A stretch of DNA of 51,217 nt from an uncultured Spirochaetia bacterium (GTDB taxonomy: Bacteria; Desulfobacterota_D; UBA1144; Nemesobacterales; CSP1-2). The stretch spans positions 1 through 51,217 of the forward strand of contig CAYMEO010000005.1 in NCBI GenBank assembly GCA_964389705.1. Direction: 5' to 3'. Below, piece after piece: positions 18,514 to 28,127 of the stretch. The first letter of the stretch is position 1. Each line of letters starts with the position of its first letter. A program made the translations under genes and the position numbers. The notes beneath the pieces are model-generated. The model made no database searches. It saw only the letters and a program-made list of their open reading frames with translations, and was not told where the DNA came from.

Positions 18514-20244
18514 ATGCCGCCAAGAACACTCGGTAAAGTCATAATTCACAATCGCACGTGGCCACACTTGATTGACATATTAATCTTTGGGGCAGGATTG
18601 GCACTGCTCTATGGCCTCTTAACGGTAGCACGCACATGGATTAGTCCATCTACACCCATTGCTTCTATCTCACGCCGCCCTTCGGCACTGCCTGCCTATG
18701 CCGTCTATTCACTTGTGCGCATGGCCATCGCCTATACACTAAGCCTAATCTTTACCCTGGTATATGGCTATATAGCTGCATACAACGCTAAGGCTGAGCG
18801 TATAATGATTCCTCTTCTCGACATACTACAATCAATCCCTGTACTTAGCTTCCTGCCCGGTGTGATGCTGGCTATGGTGGCACTCTTTCCTCACAGCCAG
18901 CTTGGTATCGAACTCGGTTCTATACTGCTTATATTCACTGGTCAAGTCTGGAACATGGTCTTTAGTTTCTATATGTCGCTTAAGACCATCCCACGTGATC
19001 TGCATGAAGTGGCACGCATATACCGCTTTAGTTGGTGGCAACGCCTCACCCAGATTGAGCTACCCTATGCAACAACCGGGCTGGTGTGGAATTCAATGAT
19101 GTCAGTAGCAGGCGGGTGGTTTTTTCTAATGGCATGTGAAATGTTTGTGCTCGGCAAGCGCGACTTTCGTCTGCCCGGACTGGGTTCATATTTACAGACG
19201 GCAGCCAGTGCCGGTGACACCCATGCTATTGTTTGGGGACTCGGCACAATGATTGGCATCATTGTACTGATCGATCAACTAATATGGCGTCCTATTATAT
19301 CCTGGGCCGACAAATTCAAGTTTGAGCAGGTCGAAAGTACAATGATGCCGCGTTCAGCAATACTCGATCTATTGCGTCAATCAACCGTCCTGTCGTATCT
19401 CAAGCGTCAAACCCTTGAGCCTCTGAACGAACGCCTAACCCTATTTTTCGCACGCCGTGCTGCTAATAGACCCCAGCCTCACAAGCACACTCTCTGGCGG
19501 ATTTGGACAACACGGGCAATAGCATCAGTACTATTGCTGGCAATCGGCTATGGGCTAATACGTGCCGGCTTGATGATATCAGGTCTGACAATTGCCGAGC
19601 TTGAAGAGATAGCCCAAGGCGCCGTTGCTACCTTTCTACGCTTGAATCTAGCATTGATTATCGGTATAGCCTGGACAATTCCCACAGGTGTGGCAATCGG
19701 TTCGAGTCCGCGTCTGGCACGTATAGCACTCCCTCTGACACAGATCGCCGCCTCTGTACCAGCCACAGCGCTCTTTCCAGTAATACTACTAATACTAATC
19801 AGCGCCGGTGGTGGTCTGGGGATTGGCTCGGTGTTGCTGATGCTGATTGGGACTCAGTGGTACATACTTTTTAACGTCGTTGCGGGTACAATGGCAATTC
19901 CAAATGATCTGAAAGAGGCAGCCCACATCTTCCGGTTCAAACTATTAGACCGCTGGCGGCTGTTGATCCTGCCTGGTATTTTCCCCTATCTCATTACCGG
20001 GCTGATAACGGCAGCCGGTGGAGCTTGGAATGCAAGTATCGTTGCTGAATACTTTCATTTCAAAGGCCAGACGCTGTCAACTATCGGACTCGGGGCAATC
20101 ATCAGTCGAGCTAGCGACGCGGGCAACTCCAATCAATTGCTTGTGGCTACCATTGCTATGTCAGCAATGGTAGTAGCTATCAATCGGCTTGTATGGCGCA
20201 GGCTTTATCACATAGCTGAAATGCGCTTCAAACTGGAGGCATAA
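18514..20244 (+). CDS. ABC transporter permease with duplicated permease domains (anion-transport type)
   Basis: About 12 hydrophobic segments with two EAA-like loops (DLHEVARIYRF; DLKEAAHIFRF). Confidence 0.85.
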   Translation: MPPRTLGKVIIHNRTWPHLIDILIFGAGLALLYGLLTVARTWISPSTPIASISRRPSALPAYAVYSLVRMAIAYTLSLIFTLVYGYIAAYNAKAERIMIPLLDILQSIPVLSFLPGVMLAMVALFPHSQLGIELGSILLIFTGQVWNMVFSFYMSLKTIPRDLHEVARIYRFSWWQRLTQIELPYATTGLVWNSMMSVAGGWFFLMACEMFVLGKRDFRLPGLGSYLQTAASAGDTHAIVWGLGTMIGIIVLIDQLIWRPIISWADKFKFEQVESTMMPRSAILDLLRQSTVLSYLKRQTLEPLNERLTLFFARRAANRPQPHKHTLWRIWTTRAIASVLLLAIGYGLIRAGLMISGLTIAELEEIAQGAVATFLRLNLALIIGIAWTIPTGVAIGSSPRLARIALPLTQIAASVPATALFPVILLILISAGGGLGIGSVLLMLIGTQWYILFNVVAGTMAIPNDLKEAAHIFRFKLLDRWRLLILPGIFPYLITGLITAAGGAWNASIVAEYFHFKGQTLSTIGLGAIISRASDAGNSNQLLVATIAMSAMVVAINRLVWRRLYHIAEMRFKLEA

Positions 20245-20307
20245 CCCTTTAGTGGATCAGTGCTCGATAAAACGAGGTATTCAGGATAAGAAATAGAGAT
20301 GAGAATA

Positions 20308-21510
20308 TCATCCTTCGATCCCGTGACGACCCTTAACGAAAAGGTAGGCTTCTAGCAATTTATCAATAGAATTTTTCCAAGAGTACTTCTCAATACCGAT
20401 TGCTTTTAGTTTCATAGCCAGGTCATGTCTTAATTTATCATCATCGAGCAACTTAATAATACAATCCCTTAGCGAGACAGGATCATTTGGTCGAGCATAG
20501 ATTCCCAAATTACCGAGGATCTCCCGATTTACTGGATAGTCAAAAACAACACTGGGAAGACCACTAGCAATATAATTATAAAGTTTGATATTGGCTTCAC
20601 CACTCAAATCTAAGAGTTTTGGAGACACCGCAATTATTCCAAGGGCCAGGTAATTATATATCTCCCAATAGGAAACCCTTCCCGTAAAAGTTATATACTG
20701 GGAAATATTTAAATCCTCTGAAATTTTTTTATAGTATTCTACATCAGGATATCCCATAATGAGAAAATGCACATCGTCTCTTTTCTCCACTATATATTTA
20801 ATGGCCTTTAACAAAAGATTCATACCCTGATACTCAGTAAGTAGACCCAGGTAGAGGATTATTTTTTTACTGTCCGGTATATTTAATCTCCTCCTTAATG
20901 ACTCGGTTTCATCTGATATATTTGGATGCGGTAAATCAGCAGCATCAGGAACGACGAAAATCGATTCCTTTTTTATTCCAGAGTTCTTATGAAGGCGATT
21001 GGACATAAAATTAGAATTTACTACAAATGCATCAGCGGCTTTATAAGATAGTCTCTCCAAAGTCAATGCCACTTTATTTATCACTTTATGAAGGAATGGA
21101 TATTCCTTCATAAATTTATGAGCCCTTACTTCACCCGTAAATTCACCTTGGACGTCAAAAACCATAGGAATTCTAAACAGCAAGCTACAGATTTTTCCGA
21201 TCAAAGCACCCTCATTTAGATGTGCATGAATGACATCCGGCTTAGTCTGATAAGTTACAAATATGGATTTTAGTAAGAGTAGAAAGTCCAGATATATCTT
21301 GTGAATTGAGGGTCCGGCTGAGGTCTTTTTATACCAAGGAATATTAATAATGCGTCTAATATCAATTCCGGGGATATCCTTGTCCAGATGATACGTACAA
21401 ATAGTAACACTATTCCCTAAGGATATTAAATTTTTTGCCTCTTCGTATATTCTCACATGGCAACCCCTATCTGAGAAAAATGGAGTCGGGGCTATCATCA
21501 AGATCTTCAC
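20308..21510 (-). CDS. Glycosyltransferase family 4
   Basis: MKILMIAPTPF, LYLGLLTEYQG, EANIKLYNYIASGLPSVVFD; GTG start. Confidence 0.9.
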   Translation of the reverse strand: MKILMIAPTPFFSDRGCHVRIYEEAKNLISLGNSVTICTYHLDKDIPGIDIRRIINIPWYKKTSAGPSIHKIYLDFLLLLKSIFVTYQTKPDVIHAHLNEGALIGKICSLLFRIPMVFDVQGEFTGEVRAHKFMKEYPFLHKVINKVALTLERLSYKAADAFVVNSNFMSNRLHKNSGIKKESIFVVPDAADLPHPNISDETESLRRRLNIPDSKKIILYLGLLTEYQGMNLLLKAIKYIVEKRDDVHFLIMGYPDVEYYKKISEDLNISQYITFTGRVSYWEIYNYLALGIIAVSPKLLDLSGEANIKLYNYIASGLPSVVFDYPVNREILGNLGIYARPNDPVSLRDCIIKLLDDDKLRHDLAMKLKAIGIEKYSWKNSIDKLLEAYLFVKGRHGIEG

Positions 21511-21665
21511 GGAAATTATCCCTATTTAACAATTTAAATTTAGAATTATAATCCCCTTATCAAAGAGTCTCTATTTGGTTTTGAATTTTGCTTTGTTTTA
21601 ATATTAACTGTCACCGATATTTTTCTTTCTATAGAGAAAACTCAGCGAATCTTAACACCCCTAAA

Positions 21666-22679
21666 TTATACGGCTAGATTCATAGATATAATTTTCTGAT
21701 ATACCGACTCTATTGATTCTACCATTATTTCGGGACTAAACATCTCTACCCAAATTGGATGATCCCTTAAATCAATTTTTCTTTCTACCTTACCGCTTCT
21801 TAAAGAGGCAACTATACTGGCTGCCAATTGTTTACTGTCTCCTCTTTCAACCAGGAGCCCATTGATACCATGGCTAATAATCTCGGGAATACCACCTACA
21901 TTAGTAGCTACTATTGGCAATCCAGCGGCCATAGCCTCCAGCAACACTATGCCGCTAGCCTCTATCTCCGAAGGAAGAACAAATACATTAGCTCGATAAA
22001 AGTACTCTCTTACATCATTTGGGGATAGTCCATTTATAAATTCTATAGGTAGATTTCTACTCAAGAATCTGGCTACAAGTCTGGAATGTAGGTACTCCGG
22101 TCCAATAACTAATACCCTAGCACTAGGAATCTCTTCTAATACGAGTGGCAGGGCTTTTATTAATGTAAAAAGACCCTTTCTAAAATAGTCCCGACCAACA
22201 AATAATATGAGGTTCTCGTCTCTCTGATCAGAAGTGTAATTATAACCATCTGTATCTATAGCCAATCTAATAACAAATGTGTTGGGGTGACTAATTTTTT
22301 TTCTCATATATTCCGAGTGGATTATAATTGCCTGAGCCTTCTTTAGGATTTTTGAGTATTTCCACTTACGCACCTTCTGAAGGATATATCTCAACGGCAG
22401 GTCCGGGCACGGAAATGGATAAAATTGAGTCCAGTAATAATCGTGGATGTCAACTATCACCGGGCATCTCAGTTTTTGCAAATACTTTAAATTTGCATGC
22501 TTGAGATCGAGTACGTGGGCAATATCCCAATCTCCCTCGTAATCTTCCGGCAACGAGAAGATTTTAACAGTATGCCGCTTATTCATTTCATTCAGCACTA
22601 TATCACGGTATGTACCTGAGCCAGTCAATAATCGACCCATTTGGGTAAAATAGAGGATCCTCATGTCGTTTTCCAACAT
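21666..22679 (-). CDS. Glycosyltransferase family 4
   Basis: LFVGRDYFRKG and FVLPSEIEASGIVLLEAMAAGLPIVATNVGG (EX7E). The true start may be 22664. Confidence 0.9.
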   Translation of the reverse strand: MLENDMRILYFTQMGRLLTGSGTYRDIVLNEMNKRHTVKIFSLPEDYEGDWDIAHVLDLKHANLKYLQKLRCPVIVDIHDYYWTQFYPFPCPDLPLRYILQKVRKWKYSKILKKAQAIIIHSEYMRKKISHPNTFVIRLAIDTDGYNYTSDQRDENLILFVGRDYFRKGLFTLIKALPLVLEEIPSARVLVIGPEYLHSRLVARFLSRNLPIEFINGLSPNDVREYFYRANVFVLPSEIEASGIVLLEAMAAGLPIVATNVGGIPEIISHGINGLLVERGDSKQLAASIVASLRSGKVERKIDLRDHPIWVEMFSPEIMVESIESVYQKIISMNLAV

Positions 22680-22696
22680 TGGTAGTTATATAGCAG

Positions 22697-23719
22697 TCAG
22701 CTACTTTTCTCTTGCAAAATGCGGTCCAATCGGCAGCGGCGCTTATAAATAAACCAAGGAGAATAGTAGGGTCCCCAAAATCTATCCATCTCTGCATAAG
22801 TGATTCTCCGATTGCTCTGGATTCTACTTCGCTCTCTTAGGACCCGCGGTAGCTGTTTTAAGGCACTGATCTTGGCTTTAAACCTTGAAATGTCCTTCTT
22901 TTTTAATAGATAGTATCCATCTGCAAGTATATCATAAGCAACAATAAGAGGAGCATAATAGAGTATGTACCTAATAGGCCAGTCTTTCAGAATGGTCAAA
23001 ATTTTATTCCTCTCAAGCAGAAAGATCTTTCTACTCGATTCATGGCCCAGCGACCATGCATGGTGATGAAATACAACAGCCCTAGGAACGTATAAACACC
23101 GCCAACCGGCCAGTCTCGCCCGGAATGCTAAATCAACCTCTTCGTAATAGATGAAATAATCCTCATCAAATAGCCCTACGTCCTCAAAGACCTCCCTTTT
23201 ATAAAATGCTGCGCCGCCAGAAGGGCAGAACACCTCTTCAATCTGCTCGGAACCCCCTTCATCTATGGTAAGCCCCATCCTACCATATACATTGCCATCT
23301 TTACTAATCTCCACACCCGCACAATCTATGATGTCTCGACTAGAACTAAATAATACCTTGGAAGCCAGCATCCCTATTCCTTCATCCCTCGATTTAAACC
23401 TCATAAGCTCTTCCAACCATTTACTATCGGGAACCATATCATCGTCAAGCGTAACGATGTATCTTCCTCTGGCCTCTTTAATCCCCTGATTTCTCCCGCC
23501 AGCGCAACCCTTGTTTTCTTCGTTTTCTATGATCCTAACAGTGGGGTGTCTATTTTTAATCTCGTTTACATGGCTTTGATCCAATCCATTGGTGACCAGA
23601 ATAATCTCGAATTCCCTAAAGCTCTGCCGATATATGCCCTGTAAGCATCTGTCCAAGATTTTTCCTTGATCTCCCCATCTCGATGTCAGGATAATTATAG
23701 AAACTAGGTTTTGAGTCAT
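22697..23719 (-). CDS. Glycosyltransferase family 2 (rhamnosyltransferase-like subfamily)
   Basis: VSIII, LDDD (DxD), YYEEVDLAFRARLAGW. Start uncertain: 23719 matches the domain start; in-frame ATGs at 23845 and 23890 overlap the upstream gene. Confidence 0.85.
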   Translation of the reverse strand: MTQNLVSIIILTSRWGDQGKILDRCLQGIYRQSFREFEIILVTNGLDQSHVNEIKNRHPTVRIIENEENKGCAGGRNQGIKEARGRYIVTLDDDMVPDSKWLEELMRFKSRDEGIGMLASKVLFSSSRDIIDCAGVEISKDGNVYGRMGLTIDEGGSEQIEEVFCPSGGAAFYKREVFEDVGLFDEDYFIYYEEVDLAFRARLAGWRCLYVPRAVVFHHHAWSLGHESSRKIFLLERNKILTILKDWPIRYILYYAPLIVAYDILADGYYLLKKKDISRFKAKISALKQLPRVLRERSRIQSNRRITYAEMDRFWGPYYSPWFIYKRRCRLDRILQEKSS

Positions 23720-23831
23720 TGACTTAATAAAAGGAACGTAGTAGAAATCTGCTCTCGAAGTCGGATACCGCTCAGTAAATGTACCTACGAGTTGACTCTT
23801 GCCGTTGACAATGCGAAAATGGGAACTAATT

Positions 23832-25457
23832 TCATTTTGTGTCATAGGCCCCCACATCATACGCCGACCCTTGGGGTATAGTATCACCATAGAAGTCTGT
23901 CTGGCCCGGGTTTATACCAAATTGCGTTAAATTCAAGCCCGCATCAATGAGCGGAGATGTACTCCGCAATTGATAGGCAGTAAGTGTAGGAAGAAGGGTA
24001 GCATCACCAAAGGTCCCTCCTCCGCCTAGACTTACAAGCTCAGGGTCTACGTTAAATCCGGTAATTACATTTCCTATTTTCTCCTGGCCGGTAGCATTGC
24101 GCCAAGAACCTAAGTCGGTGTAAGTAGTAGAGCCCCATTTAATGGCAAAGCTATCGTCACTTGACCAGTAATCATTACCCTGAAACAAAATGCCGCTTTG
24201 TCCAGAAGGAACGTTTACCAATTGTAGGCCCCCTGTGGTTATAAAAATATTGTTGCGCACATGGACATTCACGGTAGGACCAGAGATGGATATTGCTTTG
24301 GGGCTGCCGCTAGGCGCCGGGCTTATATAGACTGTATTGTTATAAATCTCACTATTCTTAATTCCGCTTCCGTCATTCCACAACTGGATTCCTCCAAAGC
24401 CGTTCTTGCGTCCGTCGTCCTGACTAATGTTGTAACGGATGGTATTCCCATAAAAGGGCCGAGCACCGCTGAACTGTGCCAGTAAAAAACCAGCCCCGTC
24501 GTTGTCATGTGAATAATTATACTGCATGATTGAATTGGTCACCCCCCCGTCAAGGTCAAAACCCCCTCCATCGGCACTAGAGTCAGTAGCGTTGTTGTAA
24601 GACTCATTGTGCTGAATGATAATACTGTTTGAGTTCCAGGCCCAAATACCTATAGGGCCACCCACCGCTGTATTAAGCCATCCATTGTTATAGGCCACAG
24701 ACCATTCAATAATTCCCCCATTAACGTCTGAGATCACAATGCCATTCCCCGAATTATATGGTAATCCCGGTATTCCAGGATTATTATAGGCCTCGACGTA
24801 GCCTATATAGACGTCTTCATGAGCATAATCGGTTGCGGTTGAACTTAGAGAAGAATCGCCCCAAATCGAGATACCGGCATCTGCGTTATCATGAGCCGAT
24901 GTATTAGTAATACTAACGTCTCGAAAACCACTTTTACCATTATCCCCTACAATAGAAATACCAACCCCTCCAAATTCGCTGACCTCAACGCTGTCTATAT
25001 GTACATAATCCAATTTTATATCTCCCGGAAGATCATTGTAAAAAATTATTCCGTCGTCTGTATTGACCTCCCGACCAGCCCCAACGAAATTTATATTCTT
25101 TAGCATGTATCCAGCAGTATTGTAGGCGAAGAACCCGCTACCAGTACCTGCCTGAATGGTTGCACGACCCCGGCCATAAGAAGAGATAGTAATAGGAAGG
25201 GCACTTGTCCCCATTGAAGCAGAATCAAAGTAAAGATTACCGGTAAATGTGTTTCCGCCTTTAAATAAGATATTATCCCCCGCGGCAAATTTGGCCCTGT
25301 TTACTCGATTTATGGTTCTCCAGGCTTGCCTTCGCGAGGTTCCAGAATTACTGTCATCCCCCGAAGGACTGACATAGTAGGTAGTAGCATAAGCGTATGT
25401 GATTTCCCCCAAAAATATCGCTAAGGAAATTATAATCCCCCCTATCTTAAACCTCAT
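23832..25457 (-). CDS. Secreted right-handed parallel beta-helix protein, probable polysaccharide lyase/hydrolase
   Basis: Signal peptide (..ITYAYA/TTYYVSPSGDDSNSG), Asn/Gly-rich PbH1-like repeats (DGGGFDLDGG), C-terminal IDAG...D..G..IPQGSAYDVGAYD tail; SD AGGAGGTG at 25472-25465. Confidence 0.8.
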   Translation of the reverse strand: MRFKIGGIIISLAIFLGEITYAYATTYYVSPSGDDSNSGTSRRQAWRTINRVNRAKFAAGDNILFKGGNTFTGNLYFDSASMGTSALPITISSYGRGRATIQAGTGSGFFAYNTAGYMLKNINFVGAGREVNTDDGIIFYNDLPGDIKLDYVHIDSVEVSEFGGVGISIVGDNGKSGFRDVSITNTSAHDNADAGISIWGDSSLSSTATDYAHEDVYIGYVEAYNNPGIPGLPYNSGNGIVISDVNGGIIEWSVAYNNGWLNTAVGGPIGIWAWNSNSIIIQHNESYNNATDSSADGGGFDLDGGVTNSIMQYNYSHDNDGAGFLLAQFSGARPFYGNTIRYNISQDDGRKNGFGGIQLWNDGSGIKNSEIYNNTVYISPAPSGSPKAISISGPTVNVHVRNNIFITTGGLQLVNVPSGQSGILFQGNDYWSSDDSFAIKWGSTTYTDLGSWRNATGQEKIGNVITGFNVDPELVSLGGGGTFGDATLLPTLTAYQLRSTSPLIDAGLNLTQFGINPGQTDFYGDTIPQGSAYDVGAYDTK

Positions 25458-25561
25458 AATGGGTCACCTCCTACTAGTTTTTGTTACTTCCAGATGGAGG
25501 CAAACCATTAGCTGAGATGATTAGAAGCTAAGGGGATAAGATGAGAAAGCTCCTTGCTCTA

Positions 25562-25653
25562 CTTCGGTAACCCAGCCGCCATAGATTGCCCGCGCAATCT
25601 TTAGGCCGAAGGTTTTGCGCCCCATCCTTTTGGATGGTTTGCCTTTGTCGGTT
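25562..25653 (-). ncRNA. c-di-GMP-I (GEMM-I) riboswitch aptamer
   Basis: Minus strand reads ACCGACAAAGGCAAACCAUCC-AAAA-GGAUGGGGCGCAAAACCUUCGGCCUAAAGAUUGC-GCGG-GCAAUCUAUGGCGGCUGGGUUACCGAAG. It aligns position by position to the GEMM-I consensus (GGCAAACC, CGCAAA, CCUAA/UAUGG receptor, GGGUUACCGA). Confidence 0.9.
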
Positions 25654-25812
25654 AGAGACAACCATCTTGTAATTGTGTAATTCAGATACCTTTATGCACA
25701 AGGCTTTTCTATTTATTACACAAGAATAATCTATTGTCAAATAAGCTTTCTAAATTTTGGATATATTCTGAATCATTGCCATTCTCTTAGTGTAATGCAC
25801 TATTGGATTAAT

Positions 25813-26739
25813 CTATTTTTGACTAATCCGGGGTTCGAATACCCTATATTTGAAAGACAGCGGCTTCATTAACCCCTTCCATATCCCGTGGATAACAAAA
25901 AGATAGCAATAGCCCTTGAGTAATCTATGCTTATTTCTGGTCAGGGCTGCCAACACGATATTTCCTATCCCTCGAATGAGGAGCCTCTCAATAATCAGTC
26001 CGAGTACATACACATCTCCATAACGCAGGTGTTTAATCAATAACGCACCCGCACCGATATTGTAATCCTTCTCTACACGCAAGGCTTCCACATCTCCTCT
26101 CCACAGTCTGTGGTATATAATAGCCTCAGGTGTATAGACGACTTTCAGTCCACAACGAAGCAGTCTATAGGCCATGTCAGCATCATCACAATTCCTCAAT
26201 TCGGCCCCCGGTCCCAGCAATTCATCAAAATATCCTATCTCTTTAAAAACCCCTCTTCTGAGAGCCATATTATTGCCAGACTGAAACTCCCAGGGATTGA
26301 CTAATCTTTTGTATTCCTGACGATTGTCTTTCAAGCGAATAGCCAGCATCTTTCTGGTTCGGGCTCCATCAAAAACAGGGGGCACCTTCCCATAAACAGC
26401 CATAGTATCTCTATCCCTTTTGAACTCCCGAATAATGGCTTCAGCCCAATCACCGGTTACAATACAGTCATCATCGGTAAAGGCTATTATATCACCAGTA
26501 GCGGTCTTAATACCCACATTTCTTGCCTTAGATAGACCCCTGGTTTCTGTGGGTATGTGCTTGAGGTTCCTTATAACAGGTAATAACTCCTCTATAACAG
26601 ATATGGTAGCGGCAATATTGGAGCTCTGATCTACAACTATGACCTCATGGAATTCGAGTCTGCTTTTAGAGAGGGACTGAAGACAGGTCCTTAAGAGATC
26701 CGCTCTATCTCTGGTGCAGATTATTAAAGAAATTCTCAT
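25813..26739 (-). CDS. Glycosyltransferase family 2
   Basis: ISLIICTRDR, VVDQS, AFTDDDC, DDADMAYRL. Confidence 0.9.
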   Translation of the reverse strand: MRISLIICTRDRADLLRTCLQSLSKSRLEFHEVIVVDQSSNIAATISVIEELLPVIRNLKHIPTETRGLSKARNVGIKTATGDIIAFTDDDCIVTGDWAEAIIREFKRDRDTMAVYGKVPPVFDGARTRKMLAIRLKDNRQEYKRLVNPWEFQSGNNMALRRGVFKEIGYFDELLGPGAELRNCDDADMAYRLLRCGLKVVYTPEAIIYHRLWRGDVEALRVEKDYNIGAGALLIKHLRYGDVYVLGLIIERLLIRGIGNIVLAALTRNKHRLLKGYCYLFVIHGIWKGLMKPLSFKYRVFEPRISQK

Positions 26740-26803
26740 AGCTAATCACCTAAATACAAAAATATATCGTTGCCATATCATCCAGTCTCGACATCTCCAC
26801 ACC

Positions 26804-28117
26804 TTACGAGCCGATACCCATAATGTCCCTTACTTTAGACCCATCCGTGTAAGACCTATTTTTTAAGTAAAACTTAATTCCCGACACATAGCCCGAAATT
26901 TCTACCAGTAGCGTACTTCGCCTTTGCCCAAAGCCTTTTAATGTCCCAGTTAAAAAGGATTTAACATAGAAGGCGGGTAAAGCAATGAACAGACGTAGCA
27001 GATTACCAAAGTGTCTGTACTTTTCAAACTGAATTAAAAGTGCGGCTACATGCCCCCGCATATAATAGTACACCTGCCGCTCTAAGCTATCTGTGTCTCG
27101 ACGATGGTTGTGATAAACTACAGCAGCCGGTTCATAGACACAAGTCCAGCCCCCGGCAATCATCCGATACCATAATTCAGAATCTCCACTACATCCGGCG
27201 GCTCCTACATCCAACCGCTCGTCAAACCCCCCCACCAGCTCAAAAACCGTGCGCCGAAATGCCATATTGGCTCCGGCACCAATGCGCCAAACGGGCACAC
27301 CCCAAGTCCTGTGATCCTCAAAGAAACGACTGTCGAAGGTCAAAGCTCTATATCCTCGATTAAAGCCCCAGTATTTTTCAAAAATAAACTGGGCTTCCGT
27401 TTCCAATTCCATTGGCAGAACGAGCCCGGTAACAGCCATCACCTTCGGATCATTAAAGCCTTGTAATAATCGGGTGATCCAATTGGGATGAACCATTACA
27501 TCATCATCTATAAAGGCGACGATGTCACCTGTGCTCTTGCGAATACCTGTATTTCTGGCTACATCCAAACCGGGGCGCGGTTCCAATATATATCTGATTC
27601 TCGGCATCTTCGCGACTAATTGGCGTGTGGAGTCTGATCTCGGGGCGTTATCAACAACCAATATCTCTTCGGGATATTGAGATAGATCTTGAAGCGATCT
27701 TAGGCACTTTGCCAGTTGTTCTGATCTATCCCGTGTGCATATAATAACCGAAACAGATTCATCCACAGGTCTTGACAAATACTCATGCACTTGGGAGAGA
27801 GATTGGTCTAACATCATCAGACCTCGTTGGCCCGAGTTCATAATTCTTGAATTTTGATATAATTCGGCTGAATGGCCCTTCAAGCCTTGCTTCAATAGAC
27901 GATCGCAGACTACCGGTGTAATGGTCCGAAGTGCTAGATTTGCAAGCTGCTCAGAAGTTATAGGCAATTGAGCAGATGGGATTTCCCGATGGCCAAGCGG
28001 AATGCTATACCACCAAAAGACAATATATAGCCCCTGATAGCCCTCGTCAATTTGCAGCGAAGGCAAGCCCTTACCTAAATCGATATTCAGAATTTTCCAA
28101 GGCTTAAAGGCATTCAT
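26804..28117 (-). CDS. Glycosyltransferase family 2 with N-terminal accessory module
   Basis: VSVIICTRDR, VVDNAP, AFIDDDV, GDSELWYR, preceded by a ~115-aa non-GT N-terminus. Confidence 0.9.
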   Translation of the reverse strand: MNAFKPWKILNIDLGKGLPSLQIDEGYQGLYIVFWWYSIPLGHREIPSAQLPITSEQLANLALRTITPVVCDRLLKQGLKGHSAELYQNSRIMNSGQRGLMMLDQSLSQVHEYLSRPVDESVSVIICTRDRSEQLAKCLRSLQDLSQYPEEILVVDNAPRSDSTRQLVAKMPRIRYILEPRPGLDVARNTGIRKSTGDIVAFIDDDVMVHPNWITRLLQGFNDPKVMAVTGLVLPMELETEAQFIFEKYWGFNRGYRALTFDSRFFEDHRTWGVPVWRIGAGANMAFRRTVFELVGGFDERLDVGAAGCSGDSELWYRMIAGGWTCVYEPAAVVYHNHRRDTDSLERQVYYYMRGHVAALLIQFEKYRHFGNLLRLFIALPAFYVKSFLTGTLKGFGQRRSTLLVEISGYVSGIKFYLKNRSYTDGSKVRDIMGIGS

Positions 28118-28127
28118 AGAGATTGAC

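Noticed and set aside
17146-20244. ABC pair as a transposon or IS cargo
   Set aside because: No transposase, integrase, terminal inverted repeats or target-site duplication was seen at the boundaries.
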